Notes: generated by a model not told the origin, from the letters alone. A stretch of 64,000 nt of DNA from Candidatus Micrarchaeota archaeon (GCA_043821365.1 JBDRCX010000006.1:192001-256000); one strand, 5' to 3'. Positions 1 to 10,505 are shown, counted from the stretch's first letter. Made by a program: numbers and translations.

Positions 1-9
1 GGCAATGCA

Positions 10-1572
10 GTGTTTGAATCTATTTGTAATCTTGTTTATTTATTCCCAAAAATTAGATTTAACACAAAAAACAAAACATATTTGAGACTCGTTAGGCCAG
101 ATATTGACTTTGAAAAATATAACGGAATGAACGTAATAATTGCATGGATATCCTCACTAATAACATACATACTTACTGAAACGGTGGAGATAGCATTTAT
201 TGTGTTGATATTTGCTTTTTATTTTATTTGGAATCTTCCAAAAATGGAACTGGACAAAAGAAAAAGTAGAATAGAAACGGAATTGCCTTTTTTTCTAAGA
301 AACTTTGGGATGTTGATAGAAATAGGAATTCCATTTACTCGAGCTATGGAATTGAGTAGTTCAGGATACCGTTCCACTAAGAAAGAGCTCCAGATTGTCC
401 TAAACAAAGTTAATACTGGATTAAGCATGCAGAAAGCATTATCTGAATTGGGGATTTTATTTAATTCGACAATTATAAAGAGAGCAGTATCCCAGCTCAT
501 ACTTCTTTATGAAACTGGTGGATCTGGTAAGGAAATAAAGAAAGTCGGTGATGACATACTGTCATTTCAACAACACAGACTTAAAGAATATTCTGCTAAA
601 AGCTCAATCTTTGGACTTGTTTTTGTTATGACAAGTGCCATTTTACCAACATTTTTCATAGTATACGCAATAACTGGAAGTATTGGATTTGGAACAAAAA
701 TAAATCAAATGCAGATGGCGATTGCACTTCTAGTCATTTTTCCAGCAATTAGTGCTCTATTGTTATTATTATCAAAAACAACTATGCCAAGTTCTATATT
801 CACTAATAGTAAATGGTTCGAATGGGAACTACTACTTCCGGGGATTTTGATAATAACTGGAACGTTCTTATTTGATTATAAAATCATATTTTTTGCAGCT
901 GGATTGGTTGTTGGTGTATATTTAACAATAAAAAATTTTAACTATGAAAGAAGGATTGAACAAATAGAAAGTGAAATGCCAGATGCTCTTTTTGTAATCA
1001 GTTCCATGCCAGGATCAAGTGGGGTGGATTTGATTTTTGAAACGATAAAAAAAGGAGATCTTGGCAATATCTCGAATGAATTCGGAATTGCAAAAAAACA
1101 GCTAGACATGAACATAAAAACAGACATTGTAATAGAAGACTTAGTAAAAAGGAATAGATCAGAATTATTTAGACAAATGTTAGTCATGATGAAACAGATG
1201 ATTGAAACCAATTCACTGGCATATATAAGCAGCCTAGCTGAGGACATAATAAAACATATCGAGATAAAGAGGGAACGAAGTCAACTTCTTGCAACACAAA
1301 AATATACGCTAATTATGGGCACTGTAATTGTACCGATAATTCTCAGAACAGTGATCAACCTAATAGAAACAATGGAAAGTGTAGTGGGACCCGAAACAGT
1401 GAGGGAAGTAATAACGAGTTGTGGTTTTTTAGTGCCCCCATATCTGATTGTGTATGTTAGCATGGTATCCATAGCAATAGCAGATAGCGAAGGTAAAAAA
1501 TCATCTGCCAGTTTATATTTAGTGGTGCTATCAATCCTAAGCTTGGCTTCATTCTATTTTATAAATTTATAA
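10..1572 (+). CDS. Type II/IV secretion F-family (TadC/ArlJ-like) pilus platform membrane protein
   Basis: Two repeated T2SSF-like units (IETELPFFLRNFGMLIEIG; IESEMPDALFVISS), each followed by TM helices. The frame is open to position 1, so the true start may lie upstream of the window. Confidence 0.8.
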   Translation: MFESICNLVYLFPKIRFNTKNKTYLRLVRPDIDFEKYNGMNVIIAWISSLITYILTETVEIAFIVLIFAFYFIWNLPKMELDKRKSRIETELPFFLRNFGMLIEIGIPFTRAMELSSSGYRSTKKELQIVLNKVNTGLSMQKALSELGILFNSTIIKRAVSQLILLYETGGSGKEIKKVGDDILSFQQHRLKEYSAKSSIFGLVFVMTSAILPTFFIVYAITGSIGFGTKINQMQMAIALLVIFPAISALLLLLSKTTMPSSIFTNSKWFEWELLLPGILIITGTFLFDYKIIFFAAGLVVGVYLTIKNFNYERRIEQIESEMPDALFVISSMPGSSGVDLIFETIKKGDLGNISNEFGIAKKQLDMNIKTDIVIEDLVKRNRSELFRQMLVMMKQMIETNSLAYISSLAEDIIKHIEIKRERSQLLATQKYTLIMGTVIVPIILRTVINLIETMESVVGPETVREVITSCGFLVPPYLIVYVSMVSIAIADSEGKKSSASLYLVVLSILSLASFYFINL

Positions 1573-1586
1573 AGAGAGCAAACTTC

Positions 1587-2051
1587 ATGGATACAATAAC
1601 TGCCATTGCAATGTCATTCCAATCCCCTTTGTTAACTGCAGTTGGCCTTTTCTTCGATAGCGCCCTTATATATAGCGGACTATTGTTTGCAATTATCTTC
1701 ATAGGTGAAAGACGAAATGAAAAAAGGCGTAAGATATTCTTATCATTATTTTTAGCATTCGTTATTGCGAGCATAGTCAAGATGGCATTTGCAATAGAAC
1801 GTCCATGTGTTGGAGACTACACTTGCCCCAACGATTACTCATTCCCAAGTCTCCATGCAGCAACTGCATTTACCCTGATGATTGGTTTTTTGAATAAGAA
1901 AAATTTCCAATGGTTTTTGTTATTTGCATTAATAATAAGTTTCACAAGATTAAATCTTGGTGTACATACCTTTCACGATATAGCAGCTGCACTCCCAGTG
2001 GCTCTTGTTTCCTATTATTTAACTGACACAATTTGGAGAAAGATGAAATGA
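1587..2051 (+). CDS. PAP2 family phosphatase
   Basis: PAP2 motifs KxxxxxxRP (KMAFAIERP), SFPSLHA and TRLNLGVHTFHD; hydrophobic. Confidence 0.9.
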   Translation: MDTITAIAMSFQSPLLTAVGLFFDSALIYSGLLFAIIFIGERRNEKRRKIFLSLFLAFVIASIVKMAFAIERPCVGDYTCPNDYSFPSLHAATAFTLMIGFLNKKNFQWFLLFALIISFTRLNLGVHTFHDIAAALPVALVSYYLTDTIWRKMK

Positions 2052-2608
2052 CACAAGAAAACAAAAGACAAGTGTTCCACATCCTGGTGGGGTTGCTAGC
2101 AATAGCAGTGCTCCTCTATTTCGGTAGAGGAGTTACAATAGCACTAGTGTTTTTCATAATAATCTTTGGTCTTCTCATTATGAACGCAAGAATCCTACAT
2201 TACAAAAACCCCATAACTAAACTAATTCAATGGTTTGAGCATAATTTCGAACGACCAGATGTACCATTACCAGGTTGGGGATCTGCATGCTATGCAACTG
2301 GAATTTTGATCGTATTAACAGCCTTAACAGACGTAAATGAAATGGTTGCAATAATAATCATACTAGCGCTTGGGGATGGCTTTTCTACATTAGTAGGGAG
2401 AAATGGAAAAACTAGAATACCCTACAATAACAAGAAAACAATTGAGGGAACCATAGCATTCATGATAGCAAGTTTACCTGCTTGTTATTTTATAGGACCA
2501 ATAGGAGTTCCCCTGATAATTCTTGGGGCAATAATTGAAACACTGCCTTTAATAGATGACAATTTAATGATCCCAATTGTAACTACCGCATTCTTGGTGA
2601 TTTTATGA
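2048..2608 (+). CDS. Dolichol/phytol kinase-like (CTP-transferase family) membrane protein
   Basis: RQVFHIL, GDGFSTLVG and KKTIEGTIAF motifs. ATG at 2048 overlaps the upstream TGA. Confidence 0.8.
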   Translation: MTQENKRQVFHILVGLLAIAVLLYFGRGVTIALVFFIIIFGLLIMNARILHYKNPITKLIQWFEHNFERPDVPLPGWGSACYATGILIVLTALTDVNEMVAIIIILALGDGFSTLVGRNGKTRIPYNNKKTIEGTIAFMIASLPACYFIGPIGVPLIILGAIIETLPLIDDNLMIPIVTTAFLVIL

Positions 2609-3381
2609 TAATACTTTTTACCTCAAATAACATTGCAAGCAATGCAATTGCAAAGGCATTAATCTCAAAACACAATTTCAAAAAAATTGGAGAAAATGAA
2701 TGGCGAAACAACGAGACTAGGTTAATTGATACCCAACTTCCAACAGTTCTAGATATTCCAGATGATATTGGATCAGATTCCATAATCATGCTTAGTTCAC
2801 ATAAAAGTAAAACTCCAGGAAAGATGCTCACTGCCCACATACCAGGAAATTGGGGGGATGCAGGAATGGGAGGTGAGCCAAAAACACTAAATATTGCAGA
2901 TGCATGCCTTTTGCAGAAGATAGCTAAAGAAATGAAAAAAGAAGCAGATAGAATTGAATGGCAATTTTGCCTTGAAGCAGATCATCATGGACCAACAATA
3001 AAGATTCCGATAATGTTTGTAGAGATAGGAAATAACGAAGAACAATGGAGAGATAGAAAAGCAGCTGAAGCAATTGCAAATGCAATTGTTGCAAGCCTAG
3101 GACCTGTTGAAAACTGTGAGAGTGTTGTTGGGTTTGGTGGGGGCCATTATCAGAAAAGATTAACTGAAGTAGTAGTAAGTGATAATATTGCAGTTGGCCA
3201 TATGGCACCTAAATATGTCATTGATAACATAGATGAGGATATGTTTAGACAGGCCTTAGAAAAGAATGTTGAAAAAGTAACGAAGATAGTTGTATTAAAA
3301 GATGAGACAAATACAAACCAAAAAGAGAAAATAAAAAAACTTGCAGAAAAATTTAATGTTGAATATCATGAGGTAGGCTAA
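2605..3381 (+). CDS. dtdA: Archaeal D-aminoacyl-tRNA deacylase (DTD2/GEK1 type)
   Basis: SSHKS, LTAHIPGN, EADHHGPT, FVEIG and GFGGGHY motifs. Confidence 0.92.
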   Translation: MIILFTSNNIASNAIAKALISKHNFKKIGENEWRNNETRLIDTQLPTVLDIPDDIGSDSIIMLSSHKSKTPGKMLTAHIPGNWGDAGMGGEPKTLNIADACLLQKIAKEMKKEADRIEWQFCLEADHHGPTIKIPIMFVEIGNNEEQWRDRKAAEAIANAIVASLGPVENCESVVGFGGGHYQKRLTEVVVSDNIAVGHMAPKYVIDNIDEDMFRQALEKNVEKVTKIVVLKDETNTNQKEKIKKLAEKFNVEYHEVG

Positions 3382-3435
3382 AGCACATCAATGGAAAAAG
3401 ACTAGGTTTTTAATTATAAGAATATAGAATACAAC

Positions 3436-3513
3436 ATGGAAAAGATCGAATTTTTAGATGAAATCTGCGAAATAGAAGGGAGGGTTCTCGAAAGAGGGCT
3501 TATTGGAGGCTGA
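3436..3513 (+). other. 25-aa upstream ORF / 5' leader of the TRAM gene
   Basis: ATG about 18 nt after a TATA-like tract (3406-3418). Encodes MEKIEFLDEICEIEGRVLERGLIGG; its last codons contain the TRAM SD GGAGG (3505-3509). Confidence 0.35.
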
Positions 3514-3517
3514 GTAT

Positions 3518-3730
3518 ATGGAAGAACCTCGAAAAAAATTTGAGGTCCCCAAACCAGTTTCAGTAGGAGATAGCCTAACAGTTAAAATAGAAAATCAAGG
3601 TGGGCAGGGAGACGGAATAGCAAAAATAGATGGTTTTATCATTTTTGTAAAGGGTGCAACCAAAGGAGAAGAATGTAAAGTTAGTATAAAAGATGTAAAA
3701 CGAACATATGCTATTGCTGAGAAAGTATAG
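3518..3730 (+). CDS. Single TRAM-domain RNA-binding protein (archaeal cold-shock-type RNA chaperone)
   Basis: PVSVGD...GQGDGIAKIDGFIIFVKG...VKRTYAIAE; SD GGAGG before ATG 3518. Confidence 0.9.
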   Translation: MEEPRKKFEVPKPVSVGDSLTVKIENQGGQGDGIAKIDGFIIFVKGATKGEECKVSIKDVKRTYAIAEKV

Positions 3731-4924
3731 TCACCTTGTTGCCCAGAAGTAGACAAATGCTAGGAATACAATTAAAACTATAAATCCAAGACTAAGTTGA
3801 GTAGCATTCAGAGTTGTGATGGGGTAGGGGAGAGAGGGACGGCTAGACACCGAATTATTTGCAGTGTTGTGGGTAAGTGTCCTGCTTAAAATTGTCTCAT
3901 TATATTGTGCAAAACCAAGAAAATTATCAATAACAAAAAGAGACAGATTATGTTTACCGATGCCGACATATGTGAAATTAAATTCATAGCTATATGCAAA
4001 TGAATTATTTTCTTCTTCAAGAAGAGATGGCGTTGTAACATTTGGACCATGTTCGATGCCCAGCAGGGTATTTTCAGATATAATTCTCTCAACACCATAT
4101 GGGCCGGTGGTGATAGAAAAATTCTTTAGTGTGAAATTGGTAGCTGAATTTCCGTCTAATAAAATTTCAGCATAAAAAAGTGGGCTTTGGGATAAAACAA
4201 TAACATCAAAATGATTGTTGCTTTCCCACTGTTCCAGTAAAATTGGTGCTCTGAGAAAGAATAGTTTTTTTTGGCCAGCAACAGCAAAAGAATCATTGAC
4301 AGATATTGGAATTGAAACATTTATTGAATAAAGATTATCATTGCACTGGAGACCATCAAACTCATTATCATTTATTAAATAGGTAAAAATAGCATCGCCA
4401 GATACAGACACATCCAATTGATCTGCACCAGATGAGGATTCCATTTTACTTGTAATTTCCTCAGGGATTTCTATTATAGTTGATGAAAAGGGAACAGAAA
4501 CTGAGGTATTTTGAAAAGTAAATAATATTTCAGCTGAATACACCACAGATGAATTTTGTTCAAACTCAGCACAGTCATCATAATCAAGATCACAGTTTGG
4601 AAGTGGGTGGTAATCAACATTACAGGTGGACTGTCCATCGTTTGAAGTAAGATGCGAAATGAAATGGCCACGTGCTAAGAGTAATGAAATGCTATCAGTA
4701 GAGTATGTTAAATTATCAATCGTCAATGTCGGACCAACAATATCAACACTTGTAAGAAGATCAAGGGATTGACCGAATATTTCCGTAGAACTAGATTGGG
4801 AAATATTAGAATTGAAATTATCTTCAAGATAATTTGCCATGTTTGAATTGTATTCTTGCACAGCATCTATGGGAGGGGCTGCGAATAAAAGAGAAAAAAA
4901 CAGTAAAATGATAACTTCTCTCAT
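3731..4924 (-). CDS. Exported protein with C-terminal membrane anchor, unknown function
   Basis: N-terminal signal peptide, Ser/Thr/Asn-rich beta-type body, C-terminal TM helix; ATGA overlap with the upstream gene. Confidence 0.75.
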   Translation of the reverse strand: MREVIILLFFSLLFAAPPIDAVQEYNSNMANYLEDNFNSNISQSSSTEIFGQSLDLLTSVDIVGPTLTIDNLTYSTDSISLLLARGHFISHLTSNDGQSTCNVDYHPLPNCDLDYDDCAEFEQNSSVVYSAEILFTFQNTSVSVPFSSTIIEIPEEITSKMESSSGADQLDVSVSGDAIFTYLINDNEFDGLQCNDNLYSINVSIPISVNDSFAVAGQKKLFFLRAPILLEQWESNNHFDVIVLSQSPLFYAEILLDGNSATNFTLKNFSITTGPYGVERIISENTLLGIEHGPNVTTPSLLEEENNSFAYSYEFNFTYVGIGKHNLSLFVIDNFLGFAQYNETILSRTLTHNTANNSVSSRPSLPYPITTLNATQLSLGFIVLIVFLAFVYFWATR

Positions 4925-6828
4925 AATAACCCGCTTAGTTTGTCTATAGTAACAAATGAAAGCATGCCATTTGTTTGTGCTATCCTAAGGCGAGCTTGGT
5001 GATTTTCATCAACAGAAGCAAGAAATTGTTTTATTTCGTTTTCATCATCTACAACGATTATTGCTTTCTTATCAAATTTGTGGTTGAAGAATCCGATTTC
5101 CATGTTTTTAAGAATGAATTTATTTTCCTGTTCCTTAAATGGCGTACCACTCTCAATGAGTTTTTCCCTTATAATACGATGGAGAACATTTAGTTTGACA
5201 TCTCCTTCACCCTTAAGTTGATAGTAGTCACGATGAGTTTCAAGATAACCAGTCTTAACTAGTTTACTTAGTATTTCTTCCACATTCCCCTCAGTAACAT
5301 CAGCACCATTTGTAAGATAACGTTTTAACGAAACAGTAAACTCATGTGGAGTTATTGGTGATTTTGATAGGTGCATATCATGCCTTACTTTTTTGAAGCT
5401 CTCGATAGCACGATCACGAGGAAGTTTTATTTCTTGGCGAATATAGGTTGAACTATCCCCGAATCTTAACCGATATGTTGGTTTTTTTGTCATCCTGACT
5501 CCAAAGTACACAATAATAACAATGATAAGACCCGGAATCCCGTATTTTATATAAAATTCAAATAGGTTTTCTTTATTATTTGTAACAACAACAGTTATTG
5601 TCTTTCCGTGGATTTCAAAATTAAAAATATTTGATCCTGGATCTAGTTGTGCATTAACAACAACTTCTCCAGCAGTAACATAAAATTTCTTCTTTATCGT
5701 TGAATTGCCGAGCCAAACCTCTGTTTCTGCATTGGTTAATGGTTTTCCATCTACAGTAATTGAAAACGTATAGGAGTTACCAAGAGAACTCACTGGAATG
5801 ATTTTGATATCCTTAATGTGTAGAAGACCGCTTGCTATGTTCCCGGAATTATCATCAATTGATAGGATATATTCTCCTGGTTCGTCATATTCGAAAGTTT
5901 GGATGAATATATTCTGATCTGTAACTTTTCTCAACTCTCTTGATTCAACCACATCACCATCCTTCCTGATTGTAAGTACTGCAGTTCCAGTTGTTTTGTT
6001 TAGTTCAAATTGTGAGGATGCTTTTTCCCATGGATAAATAGATGATGGAGTAATTGGAATTGTTTTTTGTGATTTTGTTAAGTACGGGGAATCATACGCT
6101 CCTTGCAAATCACCGATATTATAAATAACCCGAACATAACCAGAGGAAGGTAGTGAAACGATTGAACTTTGTATGCCATTTCCAGAAAGATTTATTGTAT
6201 CATTTCCCTTGATCAACCAATTATTGTAAAGAAGATCAGCATAGATAGATTTCCCATCTTCAAGAAATTGATCAAGAGTTCCGTCGTAGATAACAATCCT
6301 TTCTTTTTGTTCTGGAGTAAGCTGAGCATACCAAGAATTTTCCTTGATTCCGGTACTTAGAATAAGATTTTTAGCACCAAGATAGAGTATTGTTCCGTTA
6401 GAACTTCCTTGTTGCAGATTAAATAAAACATAAGAAGGGAGAGCCCCGCTGGGAACAACATAAATACCATCCCCAACCTTAGGCTCATCAGTAACAGTTA
6501 CTGTATAACCATAATTTTCTAATGATTTAAGCTCATCGACAAATTCTGAAAAACGAGTTGTTTGTATTGCCTGGCTGTCATTTATTATGACAATTGACTT
6601 TTGAGGCATTTTTTCATAACTAAGAATAGATAGATTTCCAGTTCCACGATAATTATAAACTGCATAACCATAACTTCCTGCAATTCCTGTTTCTAAAATT
6701 GCAAATGTTGGTGGAAGAGTTTGAATTGTTTGATCTAGTTGTTCAAAAGTAAGAACATATGCAACTATACCGCCTAGGATCAATATTAGAATGACTATAA
6801 CTCCTATCAATATGTTGAAAATCTTCAT
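4921..6828 (-). CDS. Two-TM membrane protein with large extracellular region and cytoplasmic C-terminal domain
   Basis: 635-aa ORF; TM at the N-terminus and at YGIPGLIIVIIVYFGV; ATGA-coupled to pheS. Confidence 0.8.
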   Translation of the reverse strand: MKIFNILIGVIVILILILGGIVAYVLTFEQLDQTIQTLPPTFAILETGIAGSYGYAVYNYRGTGNLSILSYEKMPQKSIVIINDSQAIQTTRFSEFVDELKSLENYGYTVTVTDEPKVGDGIYVVPSGALPSYVLFNLQQGSSNGTILYLGAKNLILSTGIKENSWYAQLTPEQKERIVIYDGTLDQFLEDGKSIYADLLYNNWLIKGNDTINLSGNGIQSSIVSLPSSGYVRVIYNIGDLQGAYDSPYLTKSQKTIPITPSSIYPWEKASSQFELNKTTGTAVLTIRKDGDVVESRELRKVTDQNIFIQTFEYDEPGEYILSIDDNSGNIASGLLHIKDIKIIPVSSLGNSYTFSITVDGKPLTNAETEVWLGNSTIKKKFYVTAGEVVVNAQLDPGSNIFNFEIHGKTITVVVTNNKENLFEFYIKYGIPGLIIVIIVYFGVRMTKKPTYRLRFGDSSTYIRQEIKLPRDRAIESFKKVRHDMHLSKSPITPHEFTVSLKRYLTNGADVTEGNVEEILSKLVKTGYLETHRDYYQLKGEGDVKLNVLHRIIREKLIESGTPFKEQENKFILKNMEIGFFNHKFDKKAIIVVDDENEIKQFLASVDENHQARLRIAQTNGMLSFVTIDKLSGLL

Positions 6829-8183
6829 AGCTCTAACCTTGAGGATGTAAGGAAATCAACATCATTCTTATAGAATGTTCGTATATCTTCAAGCTCAAGC
6901 AAAAGCATAAGTGGGCGTTCAAGACTAAGGCCCCAAGCTAAAACTGGATACACTCCAGCCAATGGAATGCTTACTTCTGGTCTAAATATCCCAGCACCAC
7001 CAAGTTCAAGCCATTGTTTTTTCTTTTCAAAATAAACTTCAATTTCTAAGCTCGGTTCGGTATATGGAAAAAAACTTGGTCTGAATCGTATATTCTCGAA
7101 CCCAAGTTTTCGATAAAATTCCTTTAGAACACCAAGTAGGTCAGTAAACTTGGCATTCTCCCAAGCAATGATTCCCTCGACTTGATGGAATTCAGCAAGG
7201 TGTTTGTAATCAGTTGCTTCATTTCTGAAAACCCTCCCAATTGAAAAGTATTTTTTTGGTTTCTTGTTTTTAAGAGCTGCAAGATAGCGAGCAGAAAGAC
7301 AAGTGGTGTGCGTCCTTAAAACAGATTTAGATGCTTCTTTTGGATCCCATTTATATTTCCAACCTTTTTCATGTGCATCCCTTACCCTTTCAACTAAACT
7401 TTTATCTGATGGTAACGGTGATGAGCCTTTTATATAGAAAGTATCTGCCAATTCCCTTGCAGGGTGATCCTGGGGTTGAAAAAGTGCATCGAAATTCCAA
7501 AAAGAACTTTCTATCAAGTCACCTTCCATCTCTTCAAAACCAAGCTCAGTCATTATTGCCTGGATTTTTTTTGTAATTCTTGTGATTGGATGGTTCTTGC
7601 CAACCGGAGCATCTTTCCCAGGAACATTGATGTCAAACCCATCTGAGAACTGAGACTTGTCTATATGCTTACCAGTATAAGAAACGATGGAGGTTTTTGT
7701 AGTTTTTTTGTTCAGAAGATGCCTTTCGAAAAACTCTTCGGAGGTCTCTAAATCACTTGATGACCCTTTAGTTTTTAGATCATTATAACAAGAAAGAAGC
7801 TTTTCATTAATCACGTCAACTTCTTGTTGGGTTTTAGTTGGAACAAGCTTTCCACCTTCTATCATTACCAGACCTTTGACTTTTGCCCATCTTATTCCGA
7901 TTGATTTTTCTGATGGTGAAAGATCAGCGATGGATGCATGTGAGAGTGATTTTCTAAAAACTGATATTTCTGGAAACCCCCCCAAACAATAAACATCTAA
8001 CTCATTTGTTGGAATGCCACATGTTGTTTCTTTTGTTTCTATTTTTACATAACCTTCAGCTTTCAGAGATTCTATAATACGGCGAATACTATCTTCTTTA
8101 AATGAGGATAATTTTGCCAATTCCTGTAGAGTTAGTGGATTTTTTACGATTAAATCAAGAACAATATCAGATCCTTTGTACAT
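6825..8183 (-). CDS. pheS: Phenylalanine--tRNA ligase alpha subunit (archaeal type)
   Basis: FWNFDALFQPQDHPARELADTFY, LRTHTT, GRVFRNEATDYKHLAEFHQVEG, FFPYTEPS and GAGIFRPE motifs. Confidence 0.97.
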   Translation of the reverse strand: MYKGSDIVLDLIVKNPLTLQELAKLSSFKEDSIRRIIESLKAEGYVKIETKETTCGIPTNELDVYCLGGFPEISVFRKSLSHASIADLSPSEKSIGIRWAKVKGLVMIEGGKLVPTKTQQEVDVINEKLLSCYNDLKTKGSSSDLETSEEFFERHLLNKKTTKTSIVSYTGKHIDKSQFSDGFDINVPGKDAPVGKNHPITRITKKIQAIMTELGFEEMEGDLIESSFWNFDALFQPQDHPARELADTFYIKGSSPLPSDKSLVERVRDAHEKGWKYKWDPKEASKSVLRTHTTCLSARYLAALKNKKPKKYFSIGRVFRNEATDYKHLAEFHQVEGIIAWENAKFTDLLGVLKEFYRKLGFENIRFRPSFFPYTEPSLEIEVYFEKKKQWLELGGAGIFRPEVSIPLAGVYPVLAWGLSLERPLMLLLELEDIRTFYKNDVDFLTSSRLEL

Positions 8184-8983
8184 TATTCCTCGTCCCTCCT
8201 CTTTGACATAACTATGTATGAGTATGATGCTACCAAGACTATAATTAATGCAACAAGAGCAAGCCCATGAGTACTCTTAAGAGTATCGACAAAACCTTTT
8301 ATCAAATTAGCAAAAAAATCAGAAACTTCTTTATCAATACTGTCCTCAACATCGAATATAAGGGAAAATTTTACAAGTACAACATCAGTCCATGACAATG
8401 TTGTAACTGCAGCTGTAGTAGTTGATGTTGAAGGTTGGGGATTAGTATCAAGAACTATGCTATTTTGTGGGAGGTCAATGTACAAATAAACATTTTCATC
8501 AAGAATAATATTACCTTCAGACGTGGAAGTGAATGAAAGTGAAGATGGATTCAATGTATACCTATTTGTACGTGGTTTGTAAAGTTCCACACTAAAAAGT
8601 CCTGAATCATTTGTTGAGTTCACACTAGGATAAGCAGAATAATCAAGTATTATTTCTCCATGACATGTTTTTTGGATTGGGTTGCATTGTGTACGTGGCT
8701 GTGGTCTTACTCTCAAATCCTGTATATCAACAACTGAAGGATTTACATGGAATTTCATATCTTTAAGACCAATATTAGCTGACCAAAAAGAAAGTTGATT
8801 GCTTGAAATCCCACTATCGTAAAGTGAACTTGCATAGTCACCATAAAGAATAAATTTGATACTTTCATGGACTTTGGCACTGCCATCTGATCCAATATCA
8901 CTAATAGAAACTTCTACTTTTTCTATAGCAAAATCAGCATAAATAACTGATACAAGAAGCAATATTATGAGTGCCTTACGCAT
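8183..8983 (-). CDS. Exported protein with C-terminal TM helix
   Basis: Signal peptide MRKALIILLLVSVIYA, Thr-rich linker, C-terminal TM; 1-nt overlap with pheS. Confidence 0.75.
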   Translation of the reverse strand: MRKALIILLLVSVIYADFAIEKVEVSISDIGSDGSAKVHESIKFILYGDYASSLYDSGISSNQLSFWSANIGLKDMKFHVNPSVVDIQDLRVRPQPRTQCNPIQKTCHGEIILDYSAYPSVNSTNDSGLFSVELYKPRTNRYTLNPSSLSFTSTSEGNIILDENVYLYIDLPQNSIVLDTNPQPSTSTTTAAVTTLSWTDVVLVKFSLIFDVEDSIDKEVSDFFANLIKGFVDTLKSTHGLALVALIIVLVASYSYIVMSKRRDEE

Positions 8984-9023
8984 GAAATTAACTCTCGGAT
9001 AATGTATATAAATATGCCTGGAA

Positions 9024-10505
9024 TCAATTCTCGATCAATACACCAGGTAGATTTACTTCCCAGTTGTCAAACTTAGTTCGATCTGCCATTTCTGCAACTC
9101 CTGCCAGTGGAATTGACCGGGCAGTGGGATGGCCAGCTAATGTGCCCTCAAAACCCCACAACTCTGATTCAACATACCAATCATTAGGCTCAGTATTGGC
9201 ATTGTTATCTGGGAACCCACCAACCAAGGTTGCGCTTTGATCTATTTCTGATTGGACATATGCAAGATCACAATTCAACCTGACCCAAGATAATCCAGCC
9301 CTTTTCCTAAAACCATCATAGGCATGATGTATGTGTGGCTTATCTGGAGCTGCCTGGACATGATCACGAGATGCAAAAGATACTAGAACCTTCAAATTTG
9401 GAAGTTTTTGTCCGATTAATTCAAAGTTATCAATTGGTTCGCGATACTCCCAAAAACTTTTTACTTCTTCTGGTTTGCCAAGGTCAGTAGGCCAGTTTTG
9501 CAGAGTAAAAGCACCATTGTCAAATAATGCTTGTGTTAATGCTGGGGAAAAGTACCATGTGTCATTTATTTGGGGGCCTTTGTAATCAAGGATATAAACG
9601 CTCCCATTTGAAACTTTGTGGTAGGGTCTTCCACCAAGTTCGGCATCAATCCACCCTAATGTGGAATAATCAACAGATATGGAGAATTGTGTATATGCTG
9701 AATAATTATAATATGGATTTTCTAGCCGTTTGTTTTGTTCATCATAATGCCCGATTTCAAGTGCATACATCTCAACTGTTGTTGGATTTTCCCTACCCAC
9801 AAAATATTTCAGATCTTGAAAATATTCACCATAGTATGCCATAACATTTGTTGCAACAACACCAGAGTGGGATGATGCAAACATACCAACATTATCATAA
9901 TCTGCATTTATTGACACAATTTCATGGAGATAACTTCCATTACTATCAGGAATTTCACCTAAAGCAAAACGAATAACATCTCTAAATGCAGCTATACTTT
10001 GCGGTCCACCAAAATCATATGTTCCTTCGCTTCGTATTTTGGTAACTGGGTCAGTTTTGCCTGGCCAGAGATAGGACACTGAAATCGCACCAACATCAAC
10101 AGGATTATACTCTAAATGAAATTGGGTCATATCATCATTGTATTTTTTAACAAACCAAGTGGAAGCTACAACTACAATTGGTGAACTGTTACCATACCTT
10201 GGCTCAGAAGGAACATCTATCCTAACTGCAATTTTTCCATTCTCACTATTGTTTATTTGAGTTACAATGTATTCTCCGGGTTTGGCTGGAACAACTGATA
10301 TGTTTCTTGGAAAATGTAATTTACATATTTCGAATTCTTTTTGATCAACAATTCCGTCGTTATTATCATCGCAAGGATCATGAATCGTAAGATTAGTTGG
10401 ATTTGACGGTGGTTGAGAATTGAAAATTAAAAACAATCCAGCAATAATAAGTAAAAATACAACTACAAAATATAATAAAAAATTTTTATTTTCTATCATA
10501 TGCAA
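9024..10505 (-). CDS. Membrane-anchored alpha/beta hydrolase (CocE/NonD-S15-like) with EF-hand/dockerin-like Ca loop
   Basis: SEGTYDFGG...VIRFA followed by nucleophile-elbow-like VGMFASSHSG; DDNNDGIVDQKEF loop after the N-terminal TM. Confidence 0.55.
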   Translation of the reverse strand: MHMIENKNFLLYFVVVFLLIIAGLFLIFNSQPPSNPTNLTIHDPCDDNNDGIVDQKEFEICKLHFPRNISVVPAKPGEYIVTQINNSENGKIAVRIDVPSEPRYGNSSPIVVVASTWFVKKYNDDMTQFHLEYNPVDVGAISVSYLWPGKTDPVTKIRSEGTYDFGGPQSIAAFRDVIRFALGEIPDSNGSYLHEIVSINADYDNVGMFASSHSGVVATNVMAYYGEYFQDLKYFVGRENPTTVEMYALEIGHYDEQNKRLENPYYNYSAYTQFSISVDYSTLGWIDAELGGRPYHKVSNGSVYILDYKGPQINDTWYFSPALTQALFDNGAFTLQNWPTDLGKPEEVKSFWEYREPIDNFELIGQKLPNLKVLVSFASRDHVQAAPDKPHIHHAYDGFRKRAGLSWVRLNCDLAYVQSEIDQSATLVGGFPDNNANTEPNDWYVESELWGFEGTLAGHPTARSIPLAGVAEMADRTKFDNWEVNLPGVLIEN

